A DNA stretch of 45,333 nt from Deltaproteobacteria bacterium (GTDB taxonomy: Bacteria; Desulfobacterota; Syntrophia; Syntrophales; Smithellaceae), in the NCBI GenBank assembly GCA_011046295.1, contig DSAV01000102.1:1-45333 (forward strand). The letters run 5' to 3'. The notes below the pieces were generated by a model. The model saw only the letters and a list, made by a program, of their open reading frames with translations. It was not told the DNA's origin and searched no databases. The translations under genes were made by a program, and so were the position numbers. Shown piece after piece: positions 32,006 through 41,738 of the stretch. Numbering within the stretch: position 1 is the first letter of the stretch; every line of letters starts with the position of its first letter.

Positions 32006-33610
32006 TTAGATAATAATTCGCGGCGTGTAATATTGATCGGCAATATTACCCTCCCGCTCATCTTTCAGCGCCTGCGGCAGGTATTCCATGATATCACGCG
32101 CCGTTATTCCGTCCATTCCTTTTTTAGCCGCGGCTAAATCGCCCGCCAGGCCGTGAAGAAAGACACCTTTACGTGTCGCCTCTGGCGGCTTTAATCCCAG
32201 GCCGTACATCGCCGCGATACAGCCGGTGAGCACATCACCTGCGCCGGCTGTCGCCATGCCCGCGTTGCCGGTTAAATTAACAAAAACATGGCCATCCGGA
32301 TAGCCAATCAAAGAATGCGCGCCCTTCAAAACGATAATGCTGTTTAGATTTCTTGCCGCCTCCCGCAAAACGGCGATTTTGTTTTTATCAATTTCGGCTT
32401 TTGATTTGCCGGTAAGCCGTGCCATTTCTCCCGGATGCGGCGTTAGGATGGTCGCGGCTTTTCTGTTTTGCAAAATGCCGGTATTTTCCGCAATCGCGGT
32501 AAGCCCGTCGCCGTCGATGAGCATTGGTTTTTTGATTTCCGCACTCAATTCTTTAACTAGTTGTTTTGTTTCCTCATCAAGCGAAAGCCCCGGGCCAATC
32601 ACCACCATGTCCACTTTTGCCGCTGCTTCCAGCAGTTTCTTTTTGTTTTTGAGCGCAATGCTCTTTGCGGCGGTTTCTTCCTGCGGCAGGTAAACAATTT
32701 CTCTGCCTTTAACCGCGAGTTTGCCGATCATGGATTTTGGCGCGGCAAGCCTCGCGTAGCCGCCGCCGGATTTCATAAAAGACAAGGCCGCAAAATAAGG
32801 CGCGCCGTAATAACTTGCCGCCCCCGCGATAAACAAAACATCGCCTACTGAGCCCTTGTGCGCCTGAGCAGAACGGTGGGGCAGAGGAACATAATCATTG
32901 GTGGCAATTTTAAGATCTTTATTTTCCGTAAGTGAAAGCGGAAAGGAAATATGCGCGACAAAAAGATTACCGCATTGTTCAAAACCGGGATAAAGCATAT
33001 TGCCGATTTTAGGCAGACCAAAAGTTACGGTGTAATCAGCTTTTATTGCCGCGCCCAGAATCTCACCGGTATCACCATTGACACCGGAAGGAATATCTAA
33101 GGACAGAACTTTCTTTTTGTTTTTCCTGTTGCTATTATTGACGAGCGCGATTACTTCCGCGGCCAACCCTGCCACTGGACGGTCCAGCCCCGTACCGAAA
33201 ATCGCGTCAATAATCAAATCACAGTGCGCTACATCTTTTTTAGCCTGAGCCGCGCTTTGAAGCCGCGATACTTCTACCGGCAGTTTTTCGATGATCGCCA
33301 TGTTAGTTCGGGCTACCCCTTTAAATTTTGCTTTGTCTCCCAGCAAAAATACTTTTACCCGGCCGCCGCCGGAGTGAAGCAGGCGCGCCACGGCAAGTCC
33401 GTCGCCGCCGTTATTGCCCGTACCGCAGAAGATAACAAATTTTTTGCCGCCAATGCCGGTTTCACTTTGTATTAAAGACACCGACGCCAGCGCGGCATTT
33501 TCCATGAGTATTTCTTCAGCAATACCCAAAGTTTCTATGCAGTGACGATCCATGAAACGCATTTCTTCGACGCTGGCTAACTTCATGTCTATCTCCCTTA
33601 AAGTAAACAA
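32006..33610 (-). CDS. nnr: bifunctional NAD(P)H-hydrate epimerase / ADP-dependent dehydratase (YjeF, Nnr)
   Basis: N-terminal YjeF_N (CGTGNNGGDG) and a C-terminal carbohydrate-kinase domain (GPGL, GAGDVLTG). The likely start is MKLASVEEM, 8 codons in. Confidence 0.85.
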   Translation of the reverse strand: MFTLREIDMKLASVEEMRFMDRHCIETLGIAEEILMENAALASVSLIQSETGIGGKKFVIFCGTGNNGGDGLAVARLLHSGGGRVKVFLLGDKAKFKGVARTNMAIIEKLPVEVSRLQSAAQAKKDVAHCDLIIDAIFGTGLDRPVAGLAAEVIALVNNSNRKNKKKVLSLDIPSGVNGDTGEILGAAIKADYTVTFGLPKIGNMLYPGFEQCGNLFVAHISFPLSLTENKDLKIATNDYVPLPHRSAQAHKGSVGDVLFIAGAASYYGAPYFAALSFMKSGGGYARLAAPKSMIGKLAVKGREIVYLPQEETAAKSIALKNKKKLLEAAAKVDMVVIGPGLSLDEETKQLVKELSAEIKKPMLIDGDGLTAIAENTGILQNRKAATILTPHPGEMARLTGKSKAEIDKNKIAVLREAARNLNSIIVLKGAHSLIGYPDGHVFVNLTGNAGMATAGAGDVLTGCIAAMYGLGLKPPEATRKGVFLHGLAGDLAAAKKGMDGITARDIMEYLPQALKDEREGNIADQYYTPRIII

Positions 33611-33692
33611 TTTTGCGCGATAATCTGATTTATAGTAATATTACCTTTAGTTAACGCATTTGCCAACAATATTTTTCAGGAAGGATTAATTA

Positions 33693-34538
33693 ATGCAGAC
33701 ACTGAGCGATGCCATCAAAAAACGCGTATCCTGCCGGACATATTCGGACAAGCCGATAGAAGAAAAAATCCTCCAGCAGCTTGAGTCAATAATCAGCGCT
33801 GTGCACGAAGGGCCTTTCGGCAACAAAACGAAATTCAAACTGATTAGCATGGAAACTATCAGCCCCGACCAATGGAAGAAAATGGGCACGTACGGCACAA
33901 TCAGGGGAGCGAGTAATTTTCTGGCGGGAATAGTAAGCCCCGGCCCGCGGGCGATGGAAGATTACGGCTATTGCATGGAGACAGTAATTCTTAAGGCGAC
34001 AGCGCTGGGACTGGTAACCTGCTGGCTGGGCGGCACATTTCAGGCGAGCTCTTTTGCCCGGGCGGCAGGATTACAAAAAGGCGAATTGATGCCCGCGGTA
34101 ACGCCTGTAGGATATCCGGCCTCGCAAAAATCGCTGACGGAAAAAATAATGCGGCGCTTTGCCGGCTCCGATCATAGAAAACCCTGGCGTAATATTTTCT
34201 TTATTGATGATTTTTCTCATCCCCTGCCCGAAAATTCCGCTGGCAGATACCGTGAAGCGCTGGAGAATCTGCGCATCGCGCCTTCTGCTTCCAACAAACA
34301 GCCCTGGCGGATTTTATATGACGCGAAAGAGAATAATTTTCATTTTTTTGTCGAGCGTTCGCGCCAATACAAGATGCTGGGGATAGCTCATCTACAGGAT
34401 ATTGATCTGGGAATAGCGATGAGCCACTTTGAAATTACTGCTCGCGAACTGACGCTCCCGGGCAGATGGAAAATTATACCCGACGCCCCAAAAGAAAAAA
34501 ATCTGGAATACATTGTCAGCTGGCAATCCAAATATTAA
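33693..34538 (+). CDS. nitroreductase family protein
   Basis: RVSCRTYSDKPI start motif, APSASNKQPWR and a nitroreductase-fold length of 281 aa. Confidence 0.65.
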   Translation: MQTLSDAIKKRVSCRTYSDKPIEEKILQQLESIISAVHEGPFGNKTKFKLISMETISPDQWKKMGTYGTIRGASNFLAGIVSPGPRAMEDYGYCMETVILKATALGLVTCWLGGTFQASSFARAAGLQKGELMPAVTPVGYPASQKSLTEKIMRRFAGSDHRKPWRNIFFIDDFSHPLPENSAGRYREALENLRIAPSASNKQPWRILYDAKENNFHFFVERSRQYKMLGIAHLQDIDLGIAMSHFEITARELTLPGRWKIIPDAPKEKNLEYIVSWQSKY

Positions 34539-34546
34539 ATTTTAAT

Positions 34547-35575
34547 TTAATCAATTCTGAGAACTTTGGCGCCCTTGATTTTGCCATCTTTGAGTTCCGT
34601 CAGCGCGCGGTTGGCATCCTCCAGTGGATATTCTTCCACTTCCGGAATTATCGGAATTTTAGCGGCAAACTTTAAAAATTCATCAATGTCGCGGCGTGCC
34701 ACGTTGGCGATGCTTTTAATTTCTTTTTCTTCCCAAAGATGTTTGGCGTAATCAAGCTTCAGAAGATAATCTTTGTCCGCCTCCTCTTTGCGGATGGCGT
34801 TGATAACCAGCCTTCCCACCGGCACCAGATTTTTGAGCGCTTCAACCACCGGCTTCCAGGCGGGCGTGGTGTCGATTATCGCCTGCAATTTCTCCGGCGG
34901 CTCATCGGCCGTATCTCCCGCCCAGGCCGCGCCCAACTCGAGGGAAAAATTTCTTTCGCGCTCGGCACGGGCAAAAACAAATATTTTGCTTTGGGGATAA
35001 AGAAATTGAGATAATTTCAAGACCAGGTGGGCCGAAGCGCCGAATCCCGTTAGCCCCAGGTTCTGACCGTCTGACAACTTGGCTAACCTGAGCGAGCGGT
35101 AACCAATCGCGCCAGCACACAAAAGAGGCGCGGCCTGAGCGTCACTAAATATTTCCGGTATGGAAAAAGCAAAATTTTGGTTGATTTTGATATACTCGGC
35201 ATAGCCGCCGTGGGTATCACGTCCGGTCGCCTGAAAATCCGCGCAGAGATTTTCGTCGCCGGTAAGGCATCGCGGACATTTCCCGCAGGCGCTGTAAATC
35301 CAGCCGATGCCGACGCGATCATTTATTTTGAATTTATTTGCCTGCGCGCCGCGCCGGGCTACCTTGCCGACAACTTGATGCCCCAAAATCATGGGAAAAC
35401 TAGGCGGCGGTGTCCTGCCTTCGATTTCATCAAGCTCTGTGTGACAAACACCACAGGCGGAAATCTTAATCAATACTTCCTCGCCACCGATTGCCGGAAG
35501 ATCCATATCAGCCAGTTTCAGCGGCCGGCGGTTTTCTCTTAAGCTGCCGGTTTTCTCTAAAATATAAGCTTTCAT
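34547..35575 (-). CDS. zinc-dependent alcohol dehydrogenase family oxidoreductase
   Basis: CGVCHTELDE, GHQVVG, a structural zinc CGKCPRCLTGDENLC and a GFGASAH Rossmann motif. Confidence 0.8.
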   Translation of the reverse strand: MKAYILEKTGSLRENRRPLKLADMDLPAIGGEEVLIKISACGVCHTELDEIEGRTPPPSFPMILGHQVVGKVARRGAQANKFKINDRVGIGWIYSACGKCPRCLTGDENLCADFQATGRDTHGGYAEYIKINQNFAFSIPEIFSDAQAAPLLCAGAIGYRSLRLAKLSDGQNLGLTGFGASAHLVLKLSQFLYPQSKIFVFARAERERNFSLELGAAWAGDTADEPPEKLQAIIDTTPAWKPVVEALKNLVPVGRLVINAIRKEEADKDYLLKLDYAKHLWEEKEIKSIANVARRDIDEFLKFAAKIPIIPEVEEYPLEDANRALTELKDGKIKGAKVLRID

Positions 35576-35600
35576 TCGCAGCGCTTGAAAAAAGCAATCG

Positions 35601-37001
35601 TCAATCCTGTATTTTCAGCGCCGCGGGCATTTCCAGGGGAATATCCACGGGCTGAACATATTTTTTGACCGTCTCCTGCATGCCGCCAATGTTCAATTTC
35701 TCAAACAGGAAAGAAAACTGCTTTTCGAGTTGAGCGCCCAGTTTGTCGCGCGTTTTCGCGGGCAGGTGCCAAAGCTCCAGCTTGAAAGGTCCAAAGCCTT
35801 TTTTGCGTGTTTTATAAATGAACTGTTCCTCCGTGTCTTTTTCCTTCCACTCATTCTTAAAATTGGTTTTGAGGTACTGATATATTTTTTCCCTCAGGTC
35901 GGCGGGAAATGTCGCGCTATCGTAAATGATATTCTGGAAACCTGTAGCCAGATGAATTTCAGCTGTACCCACAGCCGGAAATTTGTCGAAAGCCTCGTCA
36001 GGTAAAGTTGATGCCCCGTGCTGAACGGCTCCGGCCATGCCATACTTCGATCGTGCTACCTCGGATAATTCTTTTAAAACATCAAAATCTATTTTGACTT
36101 CCGCCACAGTTCCATCCGCCATCGGAACTCCGCCATGTGTCGTTCCGGTCTGCACGCTTATTTTGCTGATTCCCTCAAGGGACGGCCCGTTTTTTTTGAG
36201 CTCCTCTTGGTAACCTTCCATAAACGCATGAAGTTCTTCCACGGTACTGTTTTTACCGCCCACTTCACCTATCTCGCCGCCCACGGAAATTGTGACACCC
36301 TCCGGTTCCAAATCCCTAATCATGGTGGTCAGCTCAGCCGCCAGCACGTAGTTTTTCTTCTGCTGTTGTTTAACAGTGTTTTTCGTTAAATCCACCAGTG
36401 TGGATGTATCGATATCGATATTATAAAATCCCGCGTCAATCGCCTCCCAAATCAGATTCTTCACCGTCTGTGTTTCTGTTGCGGCATCGGCGGCGAATTT
36501 CTTTGCGTTAATCTGAAAATGATCGCCCTGGATAAAAATCGGCCCCCGATAACCGGTTTTAATCGCCGCGGCTTTCACGGCGCAGGCATATTCAACGGGT
36601 CTTTGCATCGTATAATCAATTTCCGAGCGGGCAATTTCAAAGATAACAGGCCCCGCCTTCGCTTTCATGGCGGCGCGAAATATTGCCTGTGCCGCATCAT
36701 AGGTGAGCATCCGGATATTAACTGCCGGCACGGTAAAGCCCGTAATTTCACTACGCCCCATCGCCTCATAAAGAGGCTGTATGGAAGAAGAGTAAATCCC
36801 CAGCGTACGCGCCGTATTGCGAATGAGCCAGCACGCCGCTTCCTGTGTTGATTTATCAGCACTGAACACGGCTGTGTAAATTAAGTCGTCAATCAGCTTG
36901 CCCCTTAGCTTTGGTTCGTCGAGTATGCTGATATCGCGGCCATCCAGCTTTATAATCGGCGCGCATTTTTTCTTCAACTGCCCCATATTCTCAAAAATCA
37001 T
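35601..37001 (-). CDS. class II fructose-bisphosphate aldolase (long form)
   Basis: VPAVNIR, IQGDHF, HGAS and QTGTTHGG motifs spaced as in class II FBA/tagatose-bisphosphate aldolases. 466 aa. Confidence 0.7.
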   Translation of the reverse strand: MIFENMGQLKKKCAPIIKLDGRDISILDEPKLRGKLIDDLIYTAVFSADKSTQEAACWLIRNTARTLGIYSSSIQPLYEAMGRSEITGFTVPAVNIRMLTYDAAQAIFRAAMKAKAGPVIFEIARSEIDYTMQRPVEYACAVKAAAIKTGYRGPIFIQGDHFQINAKKFAADAATETQTVKNLIWEAIDAGFYNIDIDTSTLVDLTKNTVKQQQKKNYVLAAELTTMIRDLEPEGVTISVGGEIGEVGGKNSTVEELHAFMEGYQEELKKNGPSLEGISKISVQTGTTHGGVPMADGTVAEVKIDFDVLKELSEVARSKYGMAGAVQHGASTLPDEAFDKFPAVGTAEIHLATGFQNIIYDSATFPADLREKIYQYLKTNFKNEWKEKDTEEQFIYKTRKKGFGPFKLELWHLPAKTRDKLGAQLEKQFSFLFEKLNIGGMQETVKKYVQPVDIPLEMPAALKIQD

Positions 37002-37032
37002 AAACGCTCCTTTATAAACATTCTAATAATAA

Positions 37033-37905
37033 CTAATTCATGATTCTTTGGACCGCCTTAATTTTGGCGTGCAAATTAATCAAATAAGCCTCCTGCGGCT
37101 GCTTGTCGCCGTCAATAGGGTCGTATTCATCCCGTTTGATGATGGAAGCTATTGTGTCATAATCATCGCCGTGATTTCTTAGCAGTTTTTCAATTGCTTC
37201 ACGAAACCTCTTCGTGTGTTCTATCGCGCGGGGCATATAGTTTCTGGCGTCATCTCCTGTATAATAATAACCGTGCGCCAGCACCAGTATTTCCACATCA
37301 TAGGCCGCAAGTTTTTTAAGCGAGTCCAGATACACATGATAATCCGTCAAAAATTCACTGAAAATATAATCGCCCAACCCCGGCACCCCTACTGATTCCG
37401 AAGGAATCAATATCTTATACTCGGGAATGTAAAAACTCAGCATATCCCGGGTGTGTCCGGGGGTTTTTATTATTTCCACATGGAGGTTTTGCGCCACCTC
37501 TACTATCTCGCCGTCTTCCAGCACCCGGTCAACTAAAAAAGGCTCAAAGTGAACTTTGCCGTCCGAATCGAATGCATTGAGCCTTTTTATCAGCTTAATT
37601 GCGGAAGGCTTCTTTATAATATCGCTCGCCTCTGCCGAAGCGGCAATTTTCAGGCCAGGCATGAATCTTTTGAGCAACCCGGCCGCGCCGCAGTGATCAA
37701 AATGCACGTGAGTTAAAAACAGGTATTCCGGTCTCCTTTCCCCCATCAGCCGGAGACTTTCGCGCCAATAATGCTCGCCAAAAATATATACGCCCGCGTC
37801 AAAAATTATTGGGTGCTTGCCATCCAGCAAATATGACGGAACGGCAGACGGCCCCAAACAATAAAAACTCTCCTTGATTTTAGCCGGTTTACTTTCATGT
37901 ATCAT
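37033..37905 (-). CDS. MBL-fold metallo-hydrolase
   Basis: LTHVHFDHCGA, TPGHT and AHG motifs. Confidence 0.7.
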   Translation of the reverse strand: MIHESKPAKIKESFYCLGPSAVPSYLLDGKHPIIFDAGVYIFGEHYWRESLRLMGERRPEYLFLTHVHFDHCGAAGLLKRFMPGLKIAASAEASDIIKKPSAIKLIKRLNAFDSDGKVHFEPFLVDRVLEDGEIVEVAQNLHVEIIKTPGHTRDMLSFYIPEYKILIPSESVGVPGLGDYIFSEFLTDYHVYLDSLKKLAAYDVEILVLAHGYYYTGDDARNYMPRAIEHTKRFREAIEKLLRNHGDDYDTIASIIKRDEYDPIDGDKQPQEAYLINLHAKIKAVQRIMN

Positions 37906-37962
37906 CGCTAACAGTCCTGCTTCTACAATTTGCCGCCGCTCTTATCTCGCGCCGTGGAAAAA

Positions 37963-38898
37963 TCAGACCAGAAATTGTTTCGCCAATTCTACTTCCGCGC
38001 GACTGCCGATGTAAACAGGAGAACAATGATTAATATTTTCCACCTTTAGGGAAAGAATATCATCCTTGCCGTCCGTGGCCATGCCGCCGGCCTGTTCCAT
38101 AATAAAAGCCATGGGCTGCAATTCGAACAAAAGCCTTAATTTCCCGCGCGGAGATTTGAGCAGGGCCGGATAGGTAAACAAGCCTCCTCGCTTTATCAGC
38201 ACCTGATTAATATCAGGCACAAACCCTCCGCTGTAACGCAACTTGTATCCTTCTTTTTCCAGATGCTCGACAAATTTCTGATGCCCAGGCAACCAATCGC
38301 GGCGCAATCCGCCGGGAGAAAAGATGGACCCTTTTTCCTTCATCACAATATTTTCCTGCGCCAGCACATATTCGCCTTCGCGGTTTAGCACGAATTCATG
38401 CGCCCCCTTGCCCGCGGAATAAATCATCGTGATAAGCGGCCCGTAAGTAATATAAAGCGCCGCCGCCATCGTATTGCGTCCCTTGTCCAGTATGGCTTCT
38501 TTGTGAATTCCGATAATCGTTCCGATAGCCAGGTTTGTTTCCACCAGAGATGAGCCATCCAACGGATCGGCGGCAACAATATACTTTCCCCTGCCGGAAC
38601 CTGTTTTGACTATTTCCCTGAGCTCTTCCGAGGCGTATTCTCGCACGAACCCGGAATACTGAAGCTGATTTTTCATGATTTCATCGGCAGCCCTATCCAG
38701 GGAAAGCTGATCTTCTCCGTAGATGTTTTTGAAACCGGCCAGCTTGCGGTTGGCTTCATGTATTTTGGCGGAGATGTATTTTCCCACCACCGCAATCTGC
38801 CAGATAAGTCTTCGTAATTCCTCTTCCACACCGGCCATCCACATGTGACGCCGCAAATCAACGATGTTTTTCGTGTAATCGTTAATCCCTTCTCCCAT
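37963..38898 (-). CDS. fbp: class 1 fructose-1,6-bisphosphatase
   Basis: DPLDGSS, RYSGGFVPD, and GGLFTYP motifs of FBPase class 1. Confidence 0.85.
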   Translation of the reverse strand: MGEGINDYTKNIVDLRRHMWMAGVEEELRRLIWQIAVVGKYISAKIHEANRKLAGFKNIYGEDQLSLDRAADEIMKNQLQYSGFVREYASEELREIVKTGSGRGKYIVAADPLDGSSLVETNLAIGTIIGIHKEAILDKGRNTMAAALYITYGPLITMIYSAGKGAHEFVLNREGEYVLAQENIVMKEKGSIFSPGGLRRDWLPGHQKFVEHLEKEGYKLRYSGGFVPDINQVLIKRGGLFTYPALLKSPRGKLRLLFELQPMAFIMEQAGGMATDGKDDILSLKVENINHCSPVYIGSRAEVELAKQFLV

Positions 38899-39269
38899 AT
38901 TTTCCTCCGCAACCGATTAATTATGAAAACTATCGACCGAAACCTGATATTTTTTTGTTCACTTTTTTACCGCATTGTTGAATAACATTCTTTGCGATTA
39001 CATGCAAATATTAAGGCAACGTTCATATCTTCCCTTTTTTGCTATATTTTATAAGTATTTAATTTTATATCAGATAACGGCACAAGACATTGTGAGATGT
39101 ACTTAAATGGCCAAAGCTCAAGCTCATCTGCACCTCGCGGCGCCATTTTTACAAAAGCGCGACGGCGGCTTTTAGCGTTGACTTCGGCAGTTCATTGAGT
39201 TAATAAAGTTCACCTTTTTCGCTTTTTGCGCGGGTTTTTATTATTTCTTTAAAATTTAACCAGGAGGTT

Positions 39270-40340
39270 GTGGTGAGTTCTTCAAAAAAATATAAAATTG
39301 CCGTTATTCCCGGAGACGGAACAGGCCCGGAAGTTATCAGCGAGGGAATTAAAGTCCTTAAGGCCGTCGCCGCGAATGAATCCATCAAGTACGATCTGGT
39401 CAATTACGACCTGGGCGGAGAACGCTATAAAAAAACCGGCGAGGTTCTGCCGGATTCCGTTTTGGAAGAACTCAAAAAATTCGATACTATTTACCTGGGA
39501 GCAATCGGCCACCCCGACGTAAAGCCCGGCATTCTGGAAAAAGGACTGCTGCTGCGCCTGCGCTTCGAGCTTGACCAGTATATTAATTTGCGGCCGGTAA
39601 AACTTTACCCCAATGTCCCCTGCCCGCTCAAAGACAAGGGCCCCAAAGATATTGATTTTGTCGTCGTGCGCGAAAACACGGAAGGACTCTACACCGGCGC
39701 CGGCGGGGTGTTGAAAAAGGGAACTCCTGATGAGGTCGCCACGCAGGAATCAATCAATACCCGAAAGGGAGTGGAGCGTTGCCTGCGCTACGCTTTCAAA
39801 TACGCGCAGAAACGAAATAAAGAGAAAAAACTCACGCTGTGCGGCAAAACTAATGTCTTAACTTACGGCTTTGACCTGTGGGAACGCACCTTTTATGAAG
39901 TGGCCGAAGATTATCCCGATATCAAAACAGATTACGCGCACGTGGATGCCACCTGCATGTGGATGGTAAAAAATCCGGAATGGTTCGATGTTATCGTAAC
40001 CGACAATATGTTCGGCGATATCATCACCGATTTGGGCGCCATGATTCAGGGCGGCATGGGAATCGCGGCGGGCGGCAATATCAACCCGGAAGGCGTCTCC
40101 ATGTTCGAACCGATCGGCGGCTCCGCTCCAAAATATACCGGACAAAATGTGATTAATCCGCTGGCAACCATCTGCGCCGGCGGCATGATGCTGGAAACAC
40201 TAGGGGAAGACAAGGCAGGAAAAAGAGTGGAAAACGCGGTAATAAAGCTTCTGGAAAGCGGAAAACTAAAAAGTCTTGATGCCGGCAAAATGGGTATGAC
40301 AACAAGTCAAATCGGCGACTGGCTGGCTGAAAATATTTAA
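39270..40340 (+). CDS. leuB: 3-isopropylmalate dehydrogenase-type beta-decarboxylating dehydrogenase (LeuB / tartrate DH family)
   Basis: [33 protein letters not shown] and GSAP motifs. AGGAGG RBS with a GTG start. Confidence 0.75.
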   Translation: MVSSSKKYKIAVIPGDGTGPEVISEGIKVLKAVAANESIKYDLVNYDLGGERYKKTGEVLPDSVLEELKKFDTIYLGAIGHPDVKPGILEKGLLLRLRFELDQYINLRPVKLYPNVPCPLKDKGPKDIDFVVVRENTEGLYTGAGGVLKKGTPDEVATQESINTRKGVERCLRYAFKYAQKRNKEKKLTLCGKTNVLTYGFDLWERTFYEVAEDYPDIKTDYAHVDATCMWMVKNPEWFDVIVTDNMFGDIITDLGAMIQGGMGIAAGGNINPEGVSMFEPIGGSAPKYTGQNVINPLATICAGGMMLETLGEDKAGKRVENAVIKLLESGKLKSLDAGKMGMTTSQIGDWLAENI

Positions 40341-40346
40341 CCTCTA

Positions 40347-41711
40347 TCAATCGCCTGCCTGATATTTCTGCAGTTTGCTGCGCAGTGTTTTGCGGGTAAT
40401 TCCCAGACGGCGCGCGGCTTCGCTTTTGTTGCCGCCGCAGGTATTGAGCGCGTCCAGAATGCTTTTTTTCTCCATATCTTCCAGCGACATATTTTGCTCC
40501 TCTTTACTTTCTTCAGGAGCATCGGAAGAAATGTTGTCTTCCATAATCAGCGATATCTCTTCAGCATCAACAAAATCCGACCGCGATAAAACCACTGCCC
40601 TTTCCACAGCGTTCATTAACTCCCGGATATTCCCCGGCCAAGCATAGGCGAGAATCTTTTCCATAGCCCGCGGCGTGAATCCACGGATTTCTTTTTTATT
40701 GCGCGCGGCAAACGATTCCAGAAAATGCTGCGCCAGTAGCGGGATATCTTCTTTTCTTTGACGCAGCGGGGGCACATGCAGGAAAACAACATTGAGCCGG
40801 TAAAACAAATCTTCCCGGAAGTTTCCTTTTTGAATTTCTTCTTTTAAATCTTTATTGGAAGCGGCAATTAAGCGCACATCAATTTTAATCACTTCCGCCC
40901 CGCCCACGCGGGTTACTTCCCTTTCCTGCAAAACGCGCAAGAGCTTCACCTGCATCGCCTTGGACATTTCGCTTACTTCATCGAGAAATAAACTGCCGCC
41001 CTGCGCCTGAATAAATTTGCCTTCACGCCTTCGCTCCGCTCCGGTGAACGCGCCTTTTTCATGGCCGAAAAGTTCGGATTCCAGCAGTGTTTCCGTCAGC
41101 GCCGCGCAGTTAATTTTTACAAACGGCGCTTCTTTGCGCTCGCTATTGAAATGAATGGCGTTGGCAATCATTTCCTTGCCCGTGCCCGATTCTCCGGAGA
41201 TCAAAACCGTGGCTTCCGTGGGGGACACCTGCGCAACAGTTTCCAGAAGCTTGGCCATCTCTTTGCTTTGGCCGATGAGGTTTTGCCGGTCGAACTGCTC
41301 TCCCAACCGGTTTTTTAAATATTCGTTTTCTTTTTTAAGGCGGTTGTGTTCGGTGGCGCGATCAATTGTGATTTTCAGCTCATCAAAATCCAGCGGCTTG
41401 GTCAGATAATCATAAGCGCCTTTTTTGAGAGCGCTTACCGCCGTTTCCACCGAGGCATAGGCTGTCATAATAATTACCGGAATTCCCGGATTGATTGTTT
41501 TTATTTGTTGCATCGCTTCAATTCCGGAAACATTGAGCATGCGAATATCCATCAAAATCAGGTCAAAAAATTTTTGTTTTACCTTTTCGATTGCCACGGA
41601 TCCGTCGTTAGCGTCAGATACTTTATAGCCCCAACCACCCATCAGCTTTTTGAGCATTGTCCGGTGGGGCAAATCATCATCCACAACCAAGATAGTCTGT
41701 TCAGCCTTCAT
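40347..41711 (-). CDS. sigma-54-dependent response regulator (ZraR/AtoC/NtrC family)
   Basis: REC (VVDDD...ILMDIRM), AAA+ with GESGTGKE, EKGAFTGA and FLDEV, and a C-terminal HTH (EAARRLGITRKTLRSK). Confidence 0.9.
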   Translation of the reverse strand: MKAEQTILVVDDDLPHRTMLKKLMGGWGYKVSDANDGSVAIEKVKQKFFDLILMDIRMLNVSGIEAMQQIKTINPGIPVIIMTAYASVETAVSALKKGAYDYLTKPLDFDELKITIDRATEHNRLKKENEYLKNRLGEQFDRQNLIGQSKEMAKLLETVAQVSPTEATVLISGESGTGKEMIANAIHFNSERKEAPFVKINCAALTETLLESELFGHEKGAFTGAERRREGKFIQAQGGSLFLDEVSEMSKAMQVKLLRVLQEREVTRVGGAEVIKIDVRLIAASNKDLKEEIQKGNFREDLFYRLNVVFLHVPPLRQRKEDIPLLAQHFLESFAARNKKEIRGFTPRAMEKILAYAWPGNIRELMNAVERAVVLSRSDFVDAEEISLIMEDNISSDAPEESKEEQNMSLEDMEKKSILDALNTCGGNKSEAARRLGITRKTLRSKLQKYQAGD

Positions 41712-41738
41712 CCATGCACTCCTTAATTATACTTTTAC

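Noticed and set aside
39082-39098. GGCAC-N5-ATTGT in the fbp-leuB intergenic region, considered as a sigma-54 promoter.
   Set aside because: The GG-N10 position reads TG rather than GC, and the T preceding GG is absent. A sigma-70-like TTGACT-N17-TAATAA at 39178-39206 is a better candidate, though it is also weak.
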